Source: Spirochaetia bacterium
GTDB taxonomy: Bacteria; Spirochaetota; Spirochaetia; SZUA-6; Bin103
NCBI GenBank assembly: GCA_965203905.1
Contig: CBDBDQ010000005.1
Coordinates: forward strand, 3,584,001 to 3,648,000
DNA length: 64,000 nucleotides
Direction: 5' to 3'
Part shown: positions 20,696-31,795 of the stretch, piece after piece
Layout: every line of letters begins with the position of its first letter
Numbering within the stretch: the stretch's first letter is position 1
Program-made: the position numbers and the translations under genes
Notes under the pieces: generated by a model
The model's database searches: none
The model's input: the letters and a program-made list of their open reading frames with translations, nothing else
What the model was told of the DNA's origin: nothing

Positions 20696-20816
20696 TGGTG
20701 GTCCGTCGCCGGATGGTAGCACGGATCCGCAACCAACGGTCGCGAACGGTAGCGGTCCGCGGAGCTGCCGGGTCTCTCCAGACCGGCGCACTGGACTGGT
20801 ATATGATCGCCGTCAC

Positions 20817-22787
20817 GTGGCGGCGAAGGGCGACGATAACCGTTCCGAACGTGGCTCTGCGTTCGACTCGTGGGAGCCGATCGCGGCCGACGACGAGGCG
20901 ATCCGGGCGGCGTTGGAGCACGCCAACGTACCCGCCCTGCTGGTCGCCCTCGCCCAGCACACCGGCGACCTCTCGCTGTTGCGGGGCGAGATCCGGCCGC
21001 GCTCCGTCTGGGGCGACGCACAGATGGGGCTCACCGAGGCGCAGCAGGAGCAGGTGCGGGCCCGCGCCTGCGAAATTCTCGCCGCCCGCCGCGACGGCAG
21101 CCTGCGCCCGGCGCCCGCGCCCGCCCCGGACCAGTTGCACGAGATGGCGAGCTTCCTCGTCGGGCAGGCGGTGGGCGCAGACTACGTCGAGTTCCTGGTG
21201 ACCGAGCTCGGCCTCGCCGGCCACGATCCCGGCACCGCCCGTGGGCTGCGCGAGCTGCCCGCCGAGCGGCGTGACGGGTTCCACGTGGCGGTGATCGGCG
21301 CCGGCATGTCCGGCATCCTGGCGGCGCATCGCCTGCAGCAGGCGGGAATCTCCTACACCGTGCTGGAGAAGAACGCCGCCGTGGGCGGCACCTGGCTCGA
21401 CAACACCTATCCCGGCTGCCGCGTCGACACGCCCAATCACGCCTATTCCTACTCCTTCGCGCCGCAGGACTGGCCGCAGTTCTTTTCCTCCCAGCCGGTG
21501 CTGCTGGACTACTTTGGAAAATGCGCCACCGAGTTCGGGATCCGCGACCGGATCCGCTTCGGCACCGAGGTGGAGCGCCTCCGCTTCGACGATGCCAGCC
21601 AGACCTGGACGGTCCACACCCGGGACCGGTCGGGCGAGCGGCGCCCGCCGCTGCGAGCCAACGCCGTGATCAGCGCCGTGGGCCAACTCAACCGTCCCCG
21701 GCTGCCGGACCTCCCGGGACGCGATACCTTCCGCGGCACGGCCTTTCACACCGCACGCTGGGACCACGCGGCACAGCTCGCCGGCAAGCGCGTGGCCGTG
21801 ATCGGCACCGGCGCCTCGGCGTTCCAGGCGGTGCCGGAGATCGCCCCGTCGGTGACGGAGCTGTTCCTGTTCCAGCGTACGCCGCCGTGGGTCAATCCGC
21901 GTCCCGAATACCAGCGCGAGGTTCCCGCCGGCAAGCACTGGCTGTTGCGCTGCGTCCCCCACTACGCGCAGTGGTTTCGCCTGCTGCAGTTCTGGCTCAC
22001 CGCCGAGGGCGCGCTGGCCTACGTGTACCGGGACGAGGGGTGGGACGAAGCGGGCAGCATCGGAGCCGCCAACCGCAAGCTGCGCCGCATGCTGGTCAGA
22101 CACGCCAGGAAGGCTCTGGGAGACGATCCGGAGCTGCTGGAGAAGTGCATCCCCGACTATCCCCCGGCCGGGAAGCGGATGCTGTACGACGACGGCACCT
22201 GGTTCCGGACCCTCAGGCGCTCCAACGTGCACCTGGTCACCGACCCGATCGCGCGTCTCTCCGAGACCGGCGTCGTCACCGCCGGAGACGGCGACGAGGA
22301 GAGCTACGACGTCGACGTGGTGATCTTCGCCACCGGCTTCCATACCACCGAGATGCTGCGCTCGATGAGCGTGACCGGCCGCGGCGGGGTGCGCCTGGAG
22401 GATGTCTGGCAGGACGATCCGCGCGCCTATCTCGGCATCACCGTACCGCGCTTCCCCAACCTGTTCTGCATGTACGGGCCGAACACCAACGTGGTGGTGA
22501 ACGCCAGCATCATCGTGTTCTCGGAGTGCGAGATCCACTACGTCATGGACTGCCTCCGGCACCTGCTGGCGTCGGAACGGCGCAGCATGGAGTGCCGGCA
22601 GGAGGTGCACGACGCCTACAACCGCCGCATCGACGCCGGCAACGCGCGCGCCGCCTGGGGGGCGCCGCGGGTGCGTAGCTGGTACCGGAACGCGCACGGG
22701 CGGGTGACCCAGAACTGGCCGTTCAGCGTGCTGGAGTTCTGGCAGCAGACCCGCTCCGCCGATCCGGCCGACTACCACTGGCGCTAG
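20817..22787 (+). CDS. Baeyer-Villiger monooxygenase, 4-hydroxyacetophenone-monooxygenase-like
   Basis: Two GxGxxG/A motifs, GGTWLDNTYPGCRVD, FRGTAFHTARWD fingerprint, and an N-terminal extension. Confidence 0.9.
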   Translation: MAAKGDDNRSERGSAFDSWEPIAADDEAIRAALEHANVPALLVALAQHTGDLSLLRGEIRPRSVWGDAQMGLTEAQQEQVRARACEILAARRDGSLRPAPAPAPDQLHEMASFLVGQAVGADYVEFLVTELGLAGHDPGTARGLRELPAERRDGFHVAVIGAGMSGILAAHRLQQAGISYTVLEKNAAVGGTWLDNTYPGCRVDTPNHAYSYSFAPQDWPQFFSSQPVLLDYFGKCATEFGIRDRIRFGTEVERLRFDDASQTWTVHTRDRSGERRPPLRANAVISAVGQLNRPRLPDLPGRDTFRGTAFHTARWDHAAQLAGKRVAVIGTGASAFQAVPEIAPSVTELFLFQRTPPWVNPRPEYQREVPAGKHWLLRCVPHYAQWFRLLQFWLTAEGALAYVYRDEGWDEAGSIGAANRKLRRMLVRHARKALGDDPELLEKCIPDYPPAGKRMLYDDGTWFRTLRRSNVHLVTDPIARLSETGVVTAGDGDEESYDVDVVIFATGFHTTEMLRSMSVTGRGGVRLEDVWQDDPRAYLGITVPRFPNLFCMYGPNTNVVVNASIIVFSECEIHYVMDCLRHLLASERRSMECRQEVHDAYNRRIDAGNARAAWGAPRVRSWYRNAHGRVTQNWPFSVLEFWQQTRSADPADYHWR

Positions 22788-22802
22788 CCGGAGCGCCCGT
22801 AC

Positions 22803-24587
22803 TCAGCCGGAGCCGGCCTCCGGGCGGGTGACGCGCAGCAGGACTCCCGGCTCCGGATCCGCCACCCGCGACACCGCGCCGTCCGGCCACACCACCTCCA
22901 GGTGGTCCAGGTCGCCGGCAACCGCGTCGCCGAGGCCGAAGTGGACCCGCGCCGGGTCACTGGACAGGTAGCCGCTGCTGGCCCGCATCTCGCGCAGCAG
23001 GGTGCCGGTGGCCGTGTGCAGGCGCAGCACGGCACCCACGGCGCGGTTGTTGGCCACGCCCTCCTGGCGCAACTCCACCTCCAGGGCACCGCCGCCGCAC
23101 AGCCGGTTCTCGAACAGCAGCGAGGGCGCGGCCAGGTTGTTCACCACCACGTCCAGGTCGCCGTCGTTGTCCAGGTCGCCGAAGCTCATGCCGCGTCCGC
23201 TCTGGGTCGCGTTCAGGCCCCACTCCGGCGCCGGCACGAAGCGGCCGTCGCCGGTGTTGCGCAGCGCCTGGTTCTCCTCCACCAACTCGTCGCCGGGCAG
23301 ATGTGAAAAAATCTCGGCGGCGATCATGCCGTTGACCACGTACAGGTCGAGGTAGCCGTCGTTGTCCAGATCGCCGAACTGCGCCGACCAGCTCCAGCCG
23401 GTGGCGTCCACCCCGACCGTCTCGGCAGTGTCGACGAACGGTTCCGCGCCGTCCGCGGCGGGGCGCGCGTGCAGCACGTTGGCCGTGATCTGGACGCCGT
23501 CGTTGGGCTGCAGGTGGGCGGTCTCGGCCCACAGCGGTCCCCAGGCGGCGTCGGTGTTCTCGTCGCGCCGGTACGGCTTCATGTCGGTGGCCAGCAGCTC
23601 GTTGCGGCCGTCGTTGTCGATGTCGCCCTCGGCGAAGCTCATGGTGTTGACCGGCGTGCGCGTGAAGGGCTGCGCCTCGGTCCAGCCTGCGGGCGTGTTG
23701 AGGTAGACCATGTCGGGGGGTGAGAAGTCGTTGCCGATCAGGATGTCGCGCCGGCCGTCGCCGTCGAGATCGCCGAGATGGATCGCCAGGGCGTGCGTGT
23801 TTCGTCCCAGCCGCTCGAACTCCAGCAGGCCGGTGCCGTCGTTGCGGTAGAAGAACACCCCGCCGCCCACCACCAGGCCGTCGCGGAGGGCGCCCAGCTC
23901 GGCATCGTAGGATGCGCCCACCAGGTCCAGGTCGCCGTCGGCGTCGAGATCCGCCCAGGCGATGGCGTAGGCCGGAAACCAGGCCTGGAAGCGCTCATCC
24001 TCCATGCGCACGAAGCTGGGGCGCCCGCCGGTCGCGTCCGCCTCGGCGCGCCACCAGGAGGGCAGGCCGCCGGAGTGGGTGAACACCAGGTCGAGCAGGC
24101 CGTCGCCGTCCACGTCCACGGCGTTGACCGCGCGCGTCAGCGGCACCGCCAGATCGGCGCGCCGGAAGAACAGGTCGCCCTCGTTCCAGACCAGGGAGCT
24201 GGGGTTGTGCAGGCCGGCCAGGACGATGTCGATGCGGCCGTCGTCGTCCAGGTCGGCCAGCGCCACCCCGGCGCCGTTGCTCTCGAAGAAGCTGATGAAC
24301 TCGTCGGGCCCGCGGGTGTAGTGGGGCAGCGGCTGCGCGTCGAAGCGGCCGGTGCACGGCCGTGGGTCGGCGGTCAGCGGCCTGCTGCTCACCGAGACGG
24401 CTACGTCCGCGGTCAGCGCCGGCGGCACAGCGCAGAGGGCGCCCAGCCAAGCCGCGGCCAGGAGCAGGGCCAAGCGCCGCGCGGAGCACCGCGGCACAGC
24501 GCAGAGGGCGCCCAGCCAGGCCGCGGCCGGGAGCAGGCCCAGAAGCCGTGACGAACGCCGCGGCGCCGCCGGCAGTGGCAGTCGCAT
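22803..24587 (-). CDS. CRTAC1-family protein (FG-GAP repeats plus ASPIC/UnbV domain)
   Basis: Multiple DxDxDGxxD repeats; C-terminal NNRAVGA...SGYLS...VHFGLG...WPDG; signal peptide. Confidence 0.9.
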   Translation of the reverse strand: MRLPLPAAPRRSSRLLGLLPAAAWLGALCAVPRCSARRLALLLAAAWLGALCAVPPALTADVAVSVSSRPLTADPRPCTGRFDAQPLPHYTRGPDEFISFFESNGAGVALADLDDDGRIDIVLAGLHNPSSLVWNEGDLFFRRADLAVPLTRAVNAVDVDGDGLLDLVFTHSGGLPSWWRAEADATGGRPSFVRMEDERFQAWFPAYAIAWADLDADGDLDLVGASYDAELGALRDGLVVGGGVFFYRNDGTGLLEFERLGRNTHALAIHLGDLDGDGRRDILIGNDFSPPDMVYLNTPAGWTEAQPFTRTPVNTMSFAEGDIDNDGRNELLATDMKPYRRDENTDAAWGPLWAETAHLQPNDGVQITANVLHARPAADGAEPFVDTAETVGVDATGWSWSAQFGDLDNDGYLDLYVVNGMIAAEIFSHLPGDELVEENQALRNTGDGRFVPAPEWGLNATQSGRGMSFGDLDNDGDLDVVVNNLAAPSLLFENRLCGGGALEVELRQEGVANNRAVGAVLRLHTATGTLLREMRASSGYLSSDPARVHFGLGDAVAGDLDHLEVVWPDGAVSRVADPEPGVLLRVTRPEAGSG

Positions 24588-25525
24588 CAGCGCTGGGCGA
24601 GCCACTCCTCGGAGTCGGCCTGCTCGGCGCGGGCGAACGCGGTGCGGATCGCCTCCACCTGCGCCGCGGATAAGTGTCCCTTTTCCGCCGCGGCGATGTT
24701 GGCGGCGACGTGGGCCGGGTTGGTGGTGCCGACGATCGCCGTGTGCACTCCCGGCTGCGACAGGGTGAAGCGCAGTGCCAGCTCCGCCCATGCCGCCTCC
24801 GGTGCGCCGCCGTCGGGATAGCCCAGCTCGTCCAGCGTCAGCCCCATGCCGGCGAGGCGCTGGTGGTAGATGCTGGAGTAGTCGCGGTAGAAGCCGGGCT
24901 GCTGCTCCGGATGCTTCCAGGCGGCGTTGGCGATGGGACGCTTGGCCAGCACCCCGAGATTGCGCCGCCGCGCCTCCGCCAGCACGCCGTCGATGTTGTG
25001 CTGGTCGGCGATGCTGATCGAGGTCTCGATCACCGCCACGTCGGGCTGCTCGGCAGCGTAGGTGGCGTCCTCGTTGTCGCCGGAGTAGCCGAGGAAGCGG
25101 ATCTTGCCCGCGGCCCGCGCCCGCCGCAGCGCCTCCAATGCCTCGCCGCGCTGCAGGACGTCGAGCTCGCAGGAGTGCAGCAGCATCACGTCGATGCGGT
25201 CGGTGCGCAACCGGCGCAGGGAGCGGTCGATGCTGGCGGCGATCAGCTCCGGCGACCAGGCCTCGCCGGTGGCGTCGCCCACCTTGGGGCCGCACTTCGA
25301 CACCAGCGTGTACTCGTCGCGGCGGTCACCGATGGCGCGGCCGATCGCCTCCTCGGAGTCGCCGTAGCCGGCGGCGGTGTCCACCAGGGCGACGCCGAGG
25401 TCGAGCAGCGCGCGGAGCAGCGGATCGCTGGCGGAGGCGGGCTCTCCGAGCAGGCCGAACGGTGCGCCGCCGAAGCCGACCGGCGTGGCCGGCAGGTCGG
25501 TGGCACCCAGGGAAATGCGTTCCAT
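24587..25525 (-). CDS. Aldo/keto reductase
   Basis: VDTAAGYGDSEE, SKCG, SLRRLRTDRIDVMLLH, GKIRFLGYS. Confidence 0.9.
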   Translation of the reverse strand: MERISLGATDLPATPVGFGGAPFGLLGEPASASDPLLRALLDLGVALVDTAAGYGDSEEAIGRAIGDRRDEYTLVSKCGPKVGDATGEAWSPELIAASIDRSLRRLRTDRIDVMLLHSCELDVLQRGEALEALRRARAAGKIRFLGYSGDNEDATYAAEQPDVAVIETSISIADQHNIDGVLAEARRRNLGVLAKRPIANAAWKHPEQQPGFYRDYSSIYHQRLAGMGLTLDELGYPDGGAPEAAWAELALRFTLSQPGVHTAIVGTTNPAHVAANIAAAEKGHLSAAQVEAIRTAFARAEQADSEEWLAQR

Positions 25526-25598
25526 GGGCCGCATGGTGGCGTGCCCGCCGGGTAGCTGTCCAGGTGCCCCGGCGACAGACCGTGGCATACACTGGGGC

Positions 25599-25760
25599 AT
25601 GCTGATCGACGCCCACAACCACCCCAACTGGCACGGCCACGACGCCGACCGCATCCTGGCCGACATGGAGCAGCACGGCATCGACCTGATGTGGCTGTTC
25701 GACACGCTGGAGGTGTACCGCTTCTGCGGCGAGCACAAGCTGCCGATCACCTTCCAGCGA
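25599..25760 (+). pseudogene. Amidohydrolase_2 family remnant
   Basis: MLIDAHNH metal-binding N-terminus joined directly to a mid-protein segment (VYRFCGEHKLPITF), then lost at the edge of the low-GC block. Confidence 0.65.
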
Positions 25761-25924
25761 CGTATGATCAAACGGCGCAAGTCAGACTCTGGTTTTCGAA
25801 CCGACTGCCTGGCAGCTTCAGGATGGCCTAGACGGCCGAGACCAGTCGTCTTGACTGTCTGCACAATGCTGCCTTAGAGTATCGCCATATCACGTTGCCT
25901 TAGCGCACTCCTAGGAGCTATGTC

Positions 25925-26746
25925 ATGGCCACGGCGAGTCGCATACGAATGCTCGACGATCGCTTCCACTACGGTGAAGACGAACATCGTCATTACCTCA
26001 GACACGGGTATTGTTTCTTTAATCACTTTCTTACTGAAGAAGGTCTCGGCGAGGGTCGCCGGCAAATCGAGCGTATGCTCCGACAGCTTCATCAGGACAT
26101 CTCCCCCGAGTGGATCGTGGCATCACATCGGCTGGAGCCCTGGGTGTTCGAGCTGGCTACCGAGCCGAAGATCCTCGACATGATCGAGCGTCAGATCGGC
26201 CCGAATATCACCTTCTGGTCATCCCATTTGCTCTGCAAGCCGCCGCGTACCGGACGCGACGTGCCGTGGCATCAGGATGCCCGGGAATGGAAAATGAGTG
26301 GTAATTATGGTGCCAGCGTATGGATCCCGTTTGACGACGTAGACGCTGCCAGCGGAACGATGTCCATCATTCCCGGCTGGCATCGAAAGGGCGGCCTGAG
26401 GCAGATCCCACGTGGCGACAAACGCGATGATTTCTACGCTGACATCGATCCTGCGGAGTTCCCTGAGGATCTTGAACGAATCGCCGTAACCTACAATCTC
26501 AAGGCAGGACAGGCCGCAATCCATCACGTCATGACGCCACACAACTCGACCCCGAACAAGTCCGATCATTGGCGCCGCGTGCTGATCTTTCGTTATCTTG
26601 CGGCGGACGCTGAATTCGTCCCCGGGACGTACTATGACTATCGCACGAACGAGGCCTTCGAACGCGTCTTCTACCTGGTACGTGGCGATGACGTAAACGC
26701 CAGGGGCCTGCCGAGCAGCCCGTTCGAGAACGATTACAAGGGCTGA
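25925..26746 (+). CDS. Phytanoyl-CoA dioxygenase (PhyH) family
   Basis: CKPP...PWHQD, SVWIPFDD, H.S.PN.S...RR; AGGAG RBS. Confidence 0.9.
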   Translation: MATASRIRMLDDRFHYGEDEHRHYLRHGYCFFNHFLTEEGLGEGRRQIERMLRQLHQDISPEWIVASHRLEPWVFELATEPKILDMIERQIGPNITFWSSHLLCKPPRTGRDVPWHQDAREWKMSGNYGASVWIPFDDVDAASGTMSIIPGWHRKGGLRQIPRGDKRDDFYADIDPAEFPEDLERIAVTYNLKAGQAAIHHVMTPHNSTPNKSDHWRRVLIFRYLAADAEFVPGTYYDYRTNEAFERVFYLVRGDDVNARGLPSSPFENDYKG

Positions 26747-27687
26747 GCCGGGTCCGCCTGGAACTGCACCTTTGCCAGATACACACTGGTCCTGTGTTGA
26801 GCCTGGATTGAGCTTTCTTTACCCGTCAGGAAGTCGTCGGATGAATAGTAGCTCAGCCACAGCCGGTCGTCGTGCCAGACCATGCCGGCGTAGCTCGTGT
26901 CGCCACCGGAGGGCATCGTAAGGAACTCCGCCATCGCGGCATTCTCGATATCGAGCCAGCACAAAGCGGTGCGTGTCCTGCGGTCATAGAGGCGCACCGC
27001 GGCGACCGTCCTTCCATCCGGCAGGCGGAGCATTGCGGGCCCGCCAATCCGCATACCCAGGTCCCGCCACGTCCATCTGTCGTAGGGCGGCATCGCTGTC
27101 CCCAACTGGGCGTTGGCGTCGTCACAGCGCATCAGGCACACACCTGTTGCATCGTCCAGGAATATCAGATCAAACTCATTCGCATATGCTTCGTTGAGCT
27201 GTGGTTCACCGTGAGCCTGGAAGTCGACGCCATCGGTACTCGTATACAATTGGAGAAAGTGTTCATCAGGCTCGCGACGCCCAAAGTTATAGGCGACCCC
27301 CTGGTGCCATACGGTGCGCCAGAGCCAGCTGCCACGGGGACCGATCGGGTGATGTTCGCCCCAGTCACAGCCATCCTTCGAGCGCCATACCATGGACTGG
27401 CAGACCGGCCTGTAGGCGGCCGCGTTCAGAACCAGCACATTGCCGGGGCCAATCGACAGTTGGGGATCACGCAGGTCCTGAAACGGTGCCGGGCAGTGAA
27501 TCGATGCGGCTGAGCTCCAGGTCACCCCGTCAGCGGAAGTAAGAACGCGCAAAGCTCCATCCCACTCCCTATGCCCCGACGCCTCTCTGAACACGCAGAA
27601 CCAGCGCTCGTCGAACCGAATGAGATCGGTAAACGCGTTGTGTGTGCCCTGGTTCCAGATCCTGTGTGACTCAAATTGTTCAATCAT
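26734..27687 (-). CDS. BNR/sialidase-like beta-propeller hydrolase (copy 1)
   Basis: HNAFTDL, Asp-boxes SADGVTW/SKDGCDW/STDGVDF, SGGDTSYAG, SYYS; no signal peptide. Confidence 0.8.
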   Translation of the reverse strand: MIEQFESHRIWNQGTHNAFTDLIRFDERWFCVFREASGHREWDGALRVLTSADGVTWSSAASIHCPAPFQDLRDPQLSIGPGNVLVLNAAAYRPVCQSMVWRSKDGCDWGEHHPIGPRGSWLWRTVWHQGVAYNFGRREPDEHFLQLYTSTDGVDFQAHGEPQLNEAYANEFDLIFLDDATGVCLMRCDDANAQLGTAMPPYDRWTWRDLGMRIGGPAMLRLPDGRTVAAVRLYDRRTRTALCWLDIENAAMAEFLTMPSGGDTSYAGMVWHDDRLWLSYYSSDDFLTGKESSIQAQHRTSVYLAKVQFQADPAQPL

Positions 27688-27765
27688 CTGTTTACTCCGG
27701 GACGCCAAGACCATCGATTGAGGCGGAACTGAAGGGCTCCACCCCAATCGATGGCTGACGATCTC

Positions 27766-29691
27766 TTAGTCGTCAAGATACCAGGTCGAGAACTGTGCCG
27801 AGTAAAGGTTCGACTCGATCACTTCGGGGATATTCTTGATCCTGTTGCTGAACACCCACTTGCGCATGAACCCGGATTGAGCGTTCACCCCAATCGCCCA
27901 CAAGTTGTCGGTGTGGAGGGTAAACGCCTGCGTATACAGGTCCATCTTCTCTTGCTGATCAGCGGTGCTGAATATGCGATCCTGAATCTCCCGCAGCTTC
28001 TTCACCTCCTCAGGTGGCTCGATTCCTTCCGCGCCGCCTGTCGCCAGCCAAAGGCCCCACATGGGCGAGTACTGCCAACCCGTACCGCCGAGCGCGAACG
28101 CATTGGGGTTGATCGCCGGCGGAATCGGACCGCCCCCGTAGTGAGCCCCCCGCATCGACATATCATGCTGATTTCCGGTGTGCATCGGGTACCAGAGCTG
28201 TCCAGCTTGCGGCTGTACCACGGTGCGAATCCCGATCTCCGCCCACCAGTCCTTGAGCATCTCGGCGACCTCGGGGCTTTCCGTCGGCCAGTCACTGTTC
28301 ACGAAGTTCACGATGGTGAGCTTGTTGCCGTCAGGTCCCAGCCGAAAGCCCTCATCATCGCGTGCCGTGATACCGATCTCATCCAACAGACGATTGGCCA
28401 TGTCAGGATCGTACTCGGTGTACTTCTTGAACATGTCGCGTTCGCCGTGGTACGGCGGTCCATGCGGTGGCGTGATTTGAGATTCGTGCGCCTGCCCGCG
28501 GTAGAACGCAGTGTTTATGGCGCTTCGGTCCATCGCCACCGACATGGCTATGCGGAAGCGGAGGTCGTTGTAAAGACTTCGCTTCGCCGCATCGTCGGTG
28601 GTGTAGTTGAAGTACACCACGACACTGTCGGGCTGCCACAGATACTCTACCAGGCGGTAGTTCCCGCTTTCCCTGTTCTCCATGAACAGCGTATAGTTCG
28701 GCATTATGTCGATGATGTTGCCGTGCCCCAAATCACTTTCGCCAGCAACGATCTTGAGTACCTTGGCTTCTATGTCCCCTACCAGCGGACGTTCTACACC
28801 ATCGATGTAGGGAAGCTGATTGCCGGCGGTATCAACCTTCCAGTAGTATGGATTCCGTACCAGTTTTTGAATTGGTGCGGATTTGTCATTGGTGGGCAGC
28901 CATTGTCCGAGGCTGGGCAGCTCACTGCTGTTGATGTCCTTGCGGCTCTCCAGGAGTTCGGTCCAGCTTGTGAATCCTGCCTCGCGCACGACTTTGTTCA
29001 GATCATCGCTCGATACATAGCTGGCATGAAACTGCTTCAGATAGTGCTTGGGACCATATTGGGGCCGGCTTCGCAGCGGCCATGCACCGATGATCTCCGC
29101 GAACATCGCATATGGCTTGGCGAAGGTAGCCTGCACCGTGTAGTCGTCGATCTTGGTCATCACGACGAGCTCCCCGGCTCGCTTGTAGCGGGAGGGCTTT
29201 ACCGGCGTCATCTCGTCGTTCAGAATCTGGTCTTCGTACCAGAACATGATGTCGTCGGCAGTGAACGGCTCTCCATCGCTCCACTTCATGCCTTCTCTCA
29301 GCGAGAACGTGGTCTGGGTGCCGTCGTCGGATATCTCGAAAGCCTTTACCACGTTGGGAATGGGATGGCTCAAGTCCAGCGAGTAGTTGGTCAGCGGTTC
29401 GCGCACGAACAGGCTCATATACCAGTCGGAGTGGGTGATCGTGCGGGCGTGCTGCAGATAGCCGCCATACTTGCCAATCCCGTCCACCGGCTCGACCACG
29501 AGCGGCTCGCGCGGCAGCCGTTCACTGAGTGGGGGCAACTCCCCGGCGTCCACCATGGCTTTCAGCATGGGCGCTTCGTTGGTCTGGCTCACGCTTTGTT
29601 CACCGGCGGCAGCTTCGGTGGTGCCGCTGGCAAACGCCGCTCCCGCACCAATGCAGAATGTTGCGCATAACAGCAATATCGCTTTGGTCAT
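27766..29691 (-). CDS. ABC transporter substrate-binding protein, family 5
   Basis: Signal peptide; EAPML...GELPPLSERLP, LREGMKWSDGEPFTADD, RNPYYWKVDTAGNQLPYID; GGAGG RBS. Confidence 0.92.
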   Translation of the reverse strand: MTKAILLLCATFCIGAGAAFASGTTEAAAGEQSVSQTNEAPMLKAMVDAGELPPLSERLPREPLVVEPVDGIGKYGGYLQHARTITHSDWYMSLFVREPLTNYSLDLSHPIPNVVKAFEISDDGTQTTFSLREGMKWSDGEPFTADDIMFWYEDQILNDEMTPVKPSRYKRAGELVVMTKIDDYTVQATFAKPYAMFAEIIGAWPLRSRPQYGPKHYLKQFHASYVSSDDLNKVVREAGFTSWTELLESRKDINSSELPSLGQWLPTNDKSAPIQKLVRNPYYWKVDTAGNQLPYIDGVERPLVGDIEAKVLKIVAGESDLGHGNIIDIMPNYTLFMENRESGNYRLVEYLWQPDSVVVYFNYTTDDAAKRSLYNDLRFRIAMSVAMDRSAINTAFYRGQAHESQITPPHGPPYHGERDMFKKYTEYDPDMANRLLDEIGITARDDEGFRLGPDGNKLTIVNFVNSDWPTESPEVAEMLKDWWAEIGIRTVVQPQAGQLWYPMHTGNQHDMSMRGAHYGGGPIPPAINPNAFALGGTGWQYSPMWGLWLATGGAEGIEPPEEVKKLREIQDRIFSTADQQEKMDLYTQAFTLHTDNLWAIGVNAQSGFMRKWVFSNRIKNIPEVIESNLYSAQFSTWYLDD

Positions 29692-29749
29692 CTGTTTCCT
29701 CCAAAACTTCTTGACTCCTCGGGTTGGAGTCATGTCATACCATGCAGTC

Positions 29750-30778
29750 TCATACGCCTGCCAGCTCGAGCTGTTCGGCGAAGTGACAGGATACCGCGTG
29801 GGTCCGCCCACCAGTCGCAGAGACTGCTGTCAACTGGGGCTCTTTCGATAGGCATACCTCCTGCGCATAACGGCACCTGGGATGAAAACAGCATCCACTC
29901 GGCAGGTTGGCAGGATCTGGCACCTCGCCGCCGGTGATTCTGGTCTTCTTCTGGTACCGTGGATGTGGTTTGGGCAAAGCCGAGAGCAAAGACTCGGTAT
30001 ATGGATGTTGTGGGTTGAGGAACAACTCCCTGGTATCGGCAAGCTCCACGATCTTGCCAGCGTACATCACCGCAATCCGATCACTCACGTACTTGACCGC
30101 GGTAAGATTGTGGGCAATGAACAGATATGCCAATGAGAACTGCACTTGAAGGTCCTGCAACAGATTCAGGATCTGAACCTGGATGGAAACGTCCAGCGCA
30201 GAAACCGGTTCATCTGCCACTACGAAACTCGGTCTGAGCGCGAGCGCGCGCGCTATCGCAATCCGTTGTCGTTGCCCGCCACTGAATGCATGCGGGTATC
30301 TTCGCATATAGTTTGGATCGAGACCGACCATCTGCAACAGCTCGGTCACCTTGTCCTCAAGTTCGCGGTTGTTCCGCGTAGCTCTATGAATGATCAGTGG
30401 CTCTCCCACAATCTCCCGTATAGGCATTCGCGGATTGAGCGAGGAGTACGGATCCTGAAATACCATGGCCATGTGTTTTCTGACTTCTTTGAGTTCCCGA
30501 GGCTCAAGGTCGGCCGCATTTACTGCTTCGCCATTGCCGGTCAGATTGAGCAGGATCTCGCCGCCGCTGGGATTGATTGCATGCAGCACGCAGCGTCCTG
30601 TCGTGGTTTTTCCCGAGCCGCTCTCCCCAACCAGTCCGAGAGTCTCGCCCTGATCTATTTTGAAGCTGACCTTGTCGACGGCTTTGACCGTCGCCACCGC
30701 GCGTTTCAGGAAGCCTCTCCTGCGGGTGTAGAACTTGACCAGATCGTTGACTTCTACAATCCAGGTGGCCATCGTCAT
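29750..30778 (-). CDS. Oligopeptide/dipeptide ABC ATP-binding protein (OppF/DppF-like)
   Basis: [32 protein letters not shown]. Confidence 0.93.
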   Translation of the reverse strand: MTMATWIVEVNDLVKFYTRRRGFLKRAVATVKAVDKVSFKIDQGETLGLVGESGSGKTTTGRCVLHAINPSGGEILLNLTGNGEAVNAADLEPRELKEVRKHMAMVFQDPYSSLNPRMPIREIVGEPLIIHRATRNNRELEDKVTELLQMVGLDPNYMRRYPHAFSGGQRQRIAIARALALRPSFVVADEPVSALDVSIQVQILNLLQDLQVQFSLAYLFIAHNLTAVKYVSDRIAVMYAGKIVELADTRELFLNPQHPYTESLLSALPKPHPRYQKKTRITGGEVPDPANLPSGCCFHPRCRYAQEVCLSKEPQLTAVSATGGRTHAVSCHFAEQLELAGV

Positions 30779-30785
30779 GCTCTCT

Positions 30786-31784
30786 TCAGTGGTAAAGATG
30801 ACAGTGCACGGAGTGACTCGCGCTGGCCTGTACCTGGGGCGGATCCTCGCGTTCGCACACTCCCACGATATGTTGCGAGCAGCGGGGATGAAAGGGACAT
30901 CCGTCCGGTATCTCGTACGGACTCGGTACGGATCCTGCTATACCCTGCTTACGAGTCGGTCCATCGTCGAACTCCAACTTCAAGACCGAATCCATGAGAG
31001 CCGCCGTGTACGGATGCTTGGGCTCGTAGAATATCTCGTCTACGGTGCCGTGTTCGACACCCTTCCCCAAGTACATGATGAGCACGTGATCGGCCATCTC
31101 GGCGATCACCGCGGTGTCGTGAGTGATCACGATCAGAGCCATGTGGTAGTCACTCTGGACCTGCTTCATCAACTCCAGGACCTGAGCCTGGATCGTTACA
31201 TCGACGGCGGTGGTGGGCTCATCGGCAATCAGCAGGCGCGGTTGGCAAGACAGCGCCATCGCGATCATTGCGCGTTGCCGCATGCCGCCACTCAAATTGA
31301 ACGTATACTCGTCTATCGCGTTCTCAGGGCTCGGGATGCCGACATCATTCAACAGCTTCAAGGCGATGCTGCGCGCCTCCTCCTTGCGGATCTGGCGGTG
31401 CAGCATGATTGTTTCCATGATCTGGTTGCCGATCGTGTGAACCGGGGAAAAGGAAGTCATGGGTTCCTGAAAGATCATGGCGATATCGCCGCCTCTGATG
31501 CTCTGCATGAGCTTTCCTTCAGCATTCAACTTGGTCAAATCCCGCTTCTCATCTTGAAAATCAAAGAGTATCCGTCCGCTCACGATGCGCCCGTTCTTGG
31601 GTACGATCCTGAGGATTGACTGGGCGGTCACACTCTTCCCGCACCCGCTCTCTCCAGCGATCCCAAGAGTTTCTCCTTTTCTGGTACGAAAACTAACGCC
31701 GTCGACAGCTCGTACGATGCCTTCACGGGACCGAAAATGAGTCCTCAGGTCCTCTACTTCAAGCAGGAATCCAGCGTCTTCCAA
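30786..31784 (-). CDS. Oligopeptide/dipeptide ABC ATP-binding protein (OppD/DppD-like)
   Basis: GESGCGKS, LSGGMRQR, IADEPTT, HPYT; TTG start inferred. Confidence 0.92.
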   Translation of the reverse strand: MEDAGFLLEVEDLRTHFRSREGIVRAVDGVSFRTRKGETLGIAGESGCGKSVTAQSILRIVPKNGRIVSGRILFDFQDEKRDLTKLNAEGKLMQSIRGGDIAMIFQEPMTSFSPVHTIGNQIMETIMLHRQIRKEEARSIALKLLNDVGIPSPENAIDEYTFNLSGGMRQRAMIAMALSCQPRLLIADEPTTAVDVTIQAQVLELMKQVQSDYHMALIVITHDTAVIAEMADHVLIMYLGKGVEHGTVDEIFYEPKHPYTAALMDSVLKLEFDDGPTRKQGIAGSVPSPYEIPDGCPFHPRCSQHIVGVCEREDPPQVQASASHSVHCHLYH

Positions 31785-31795
31785 GGTGCAGCTAC

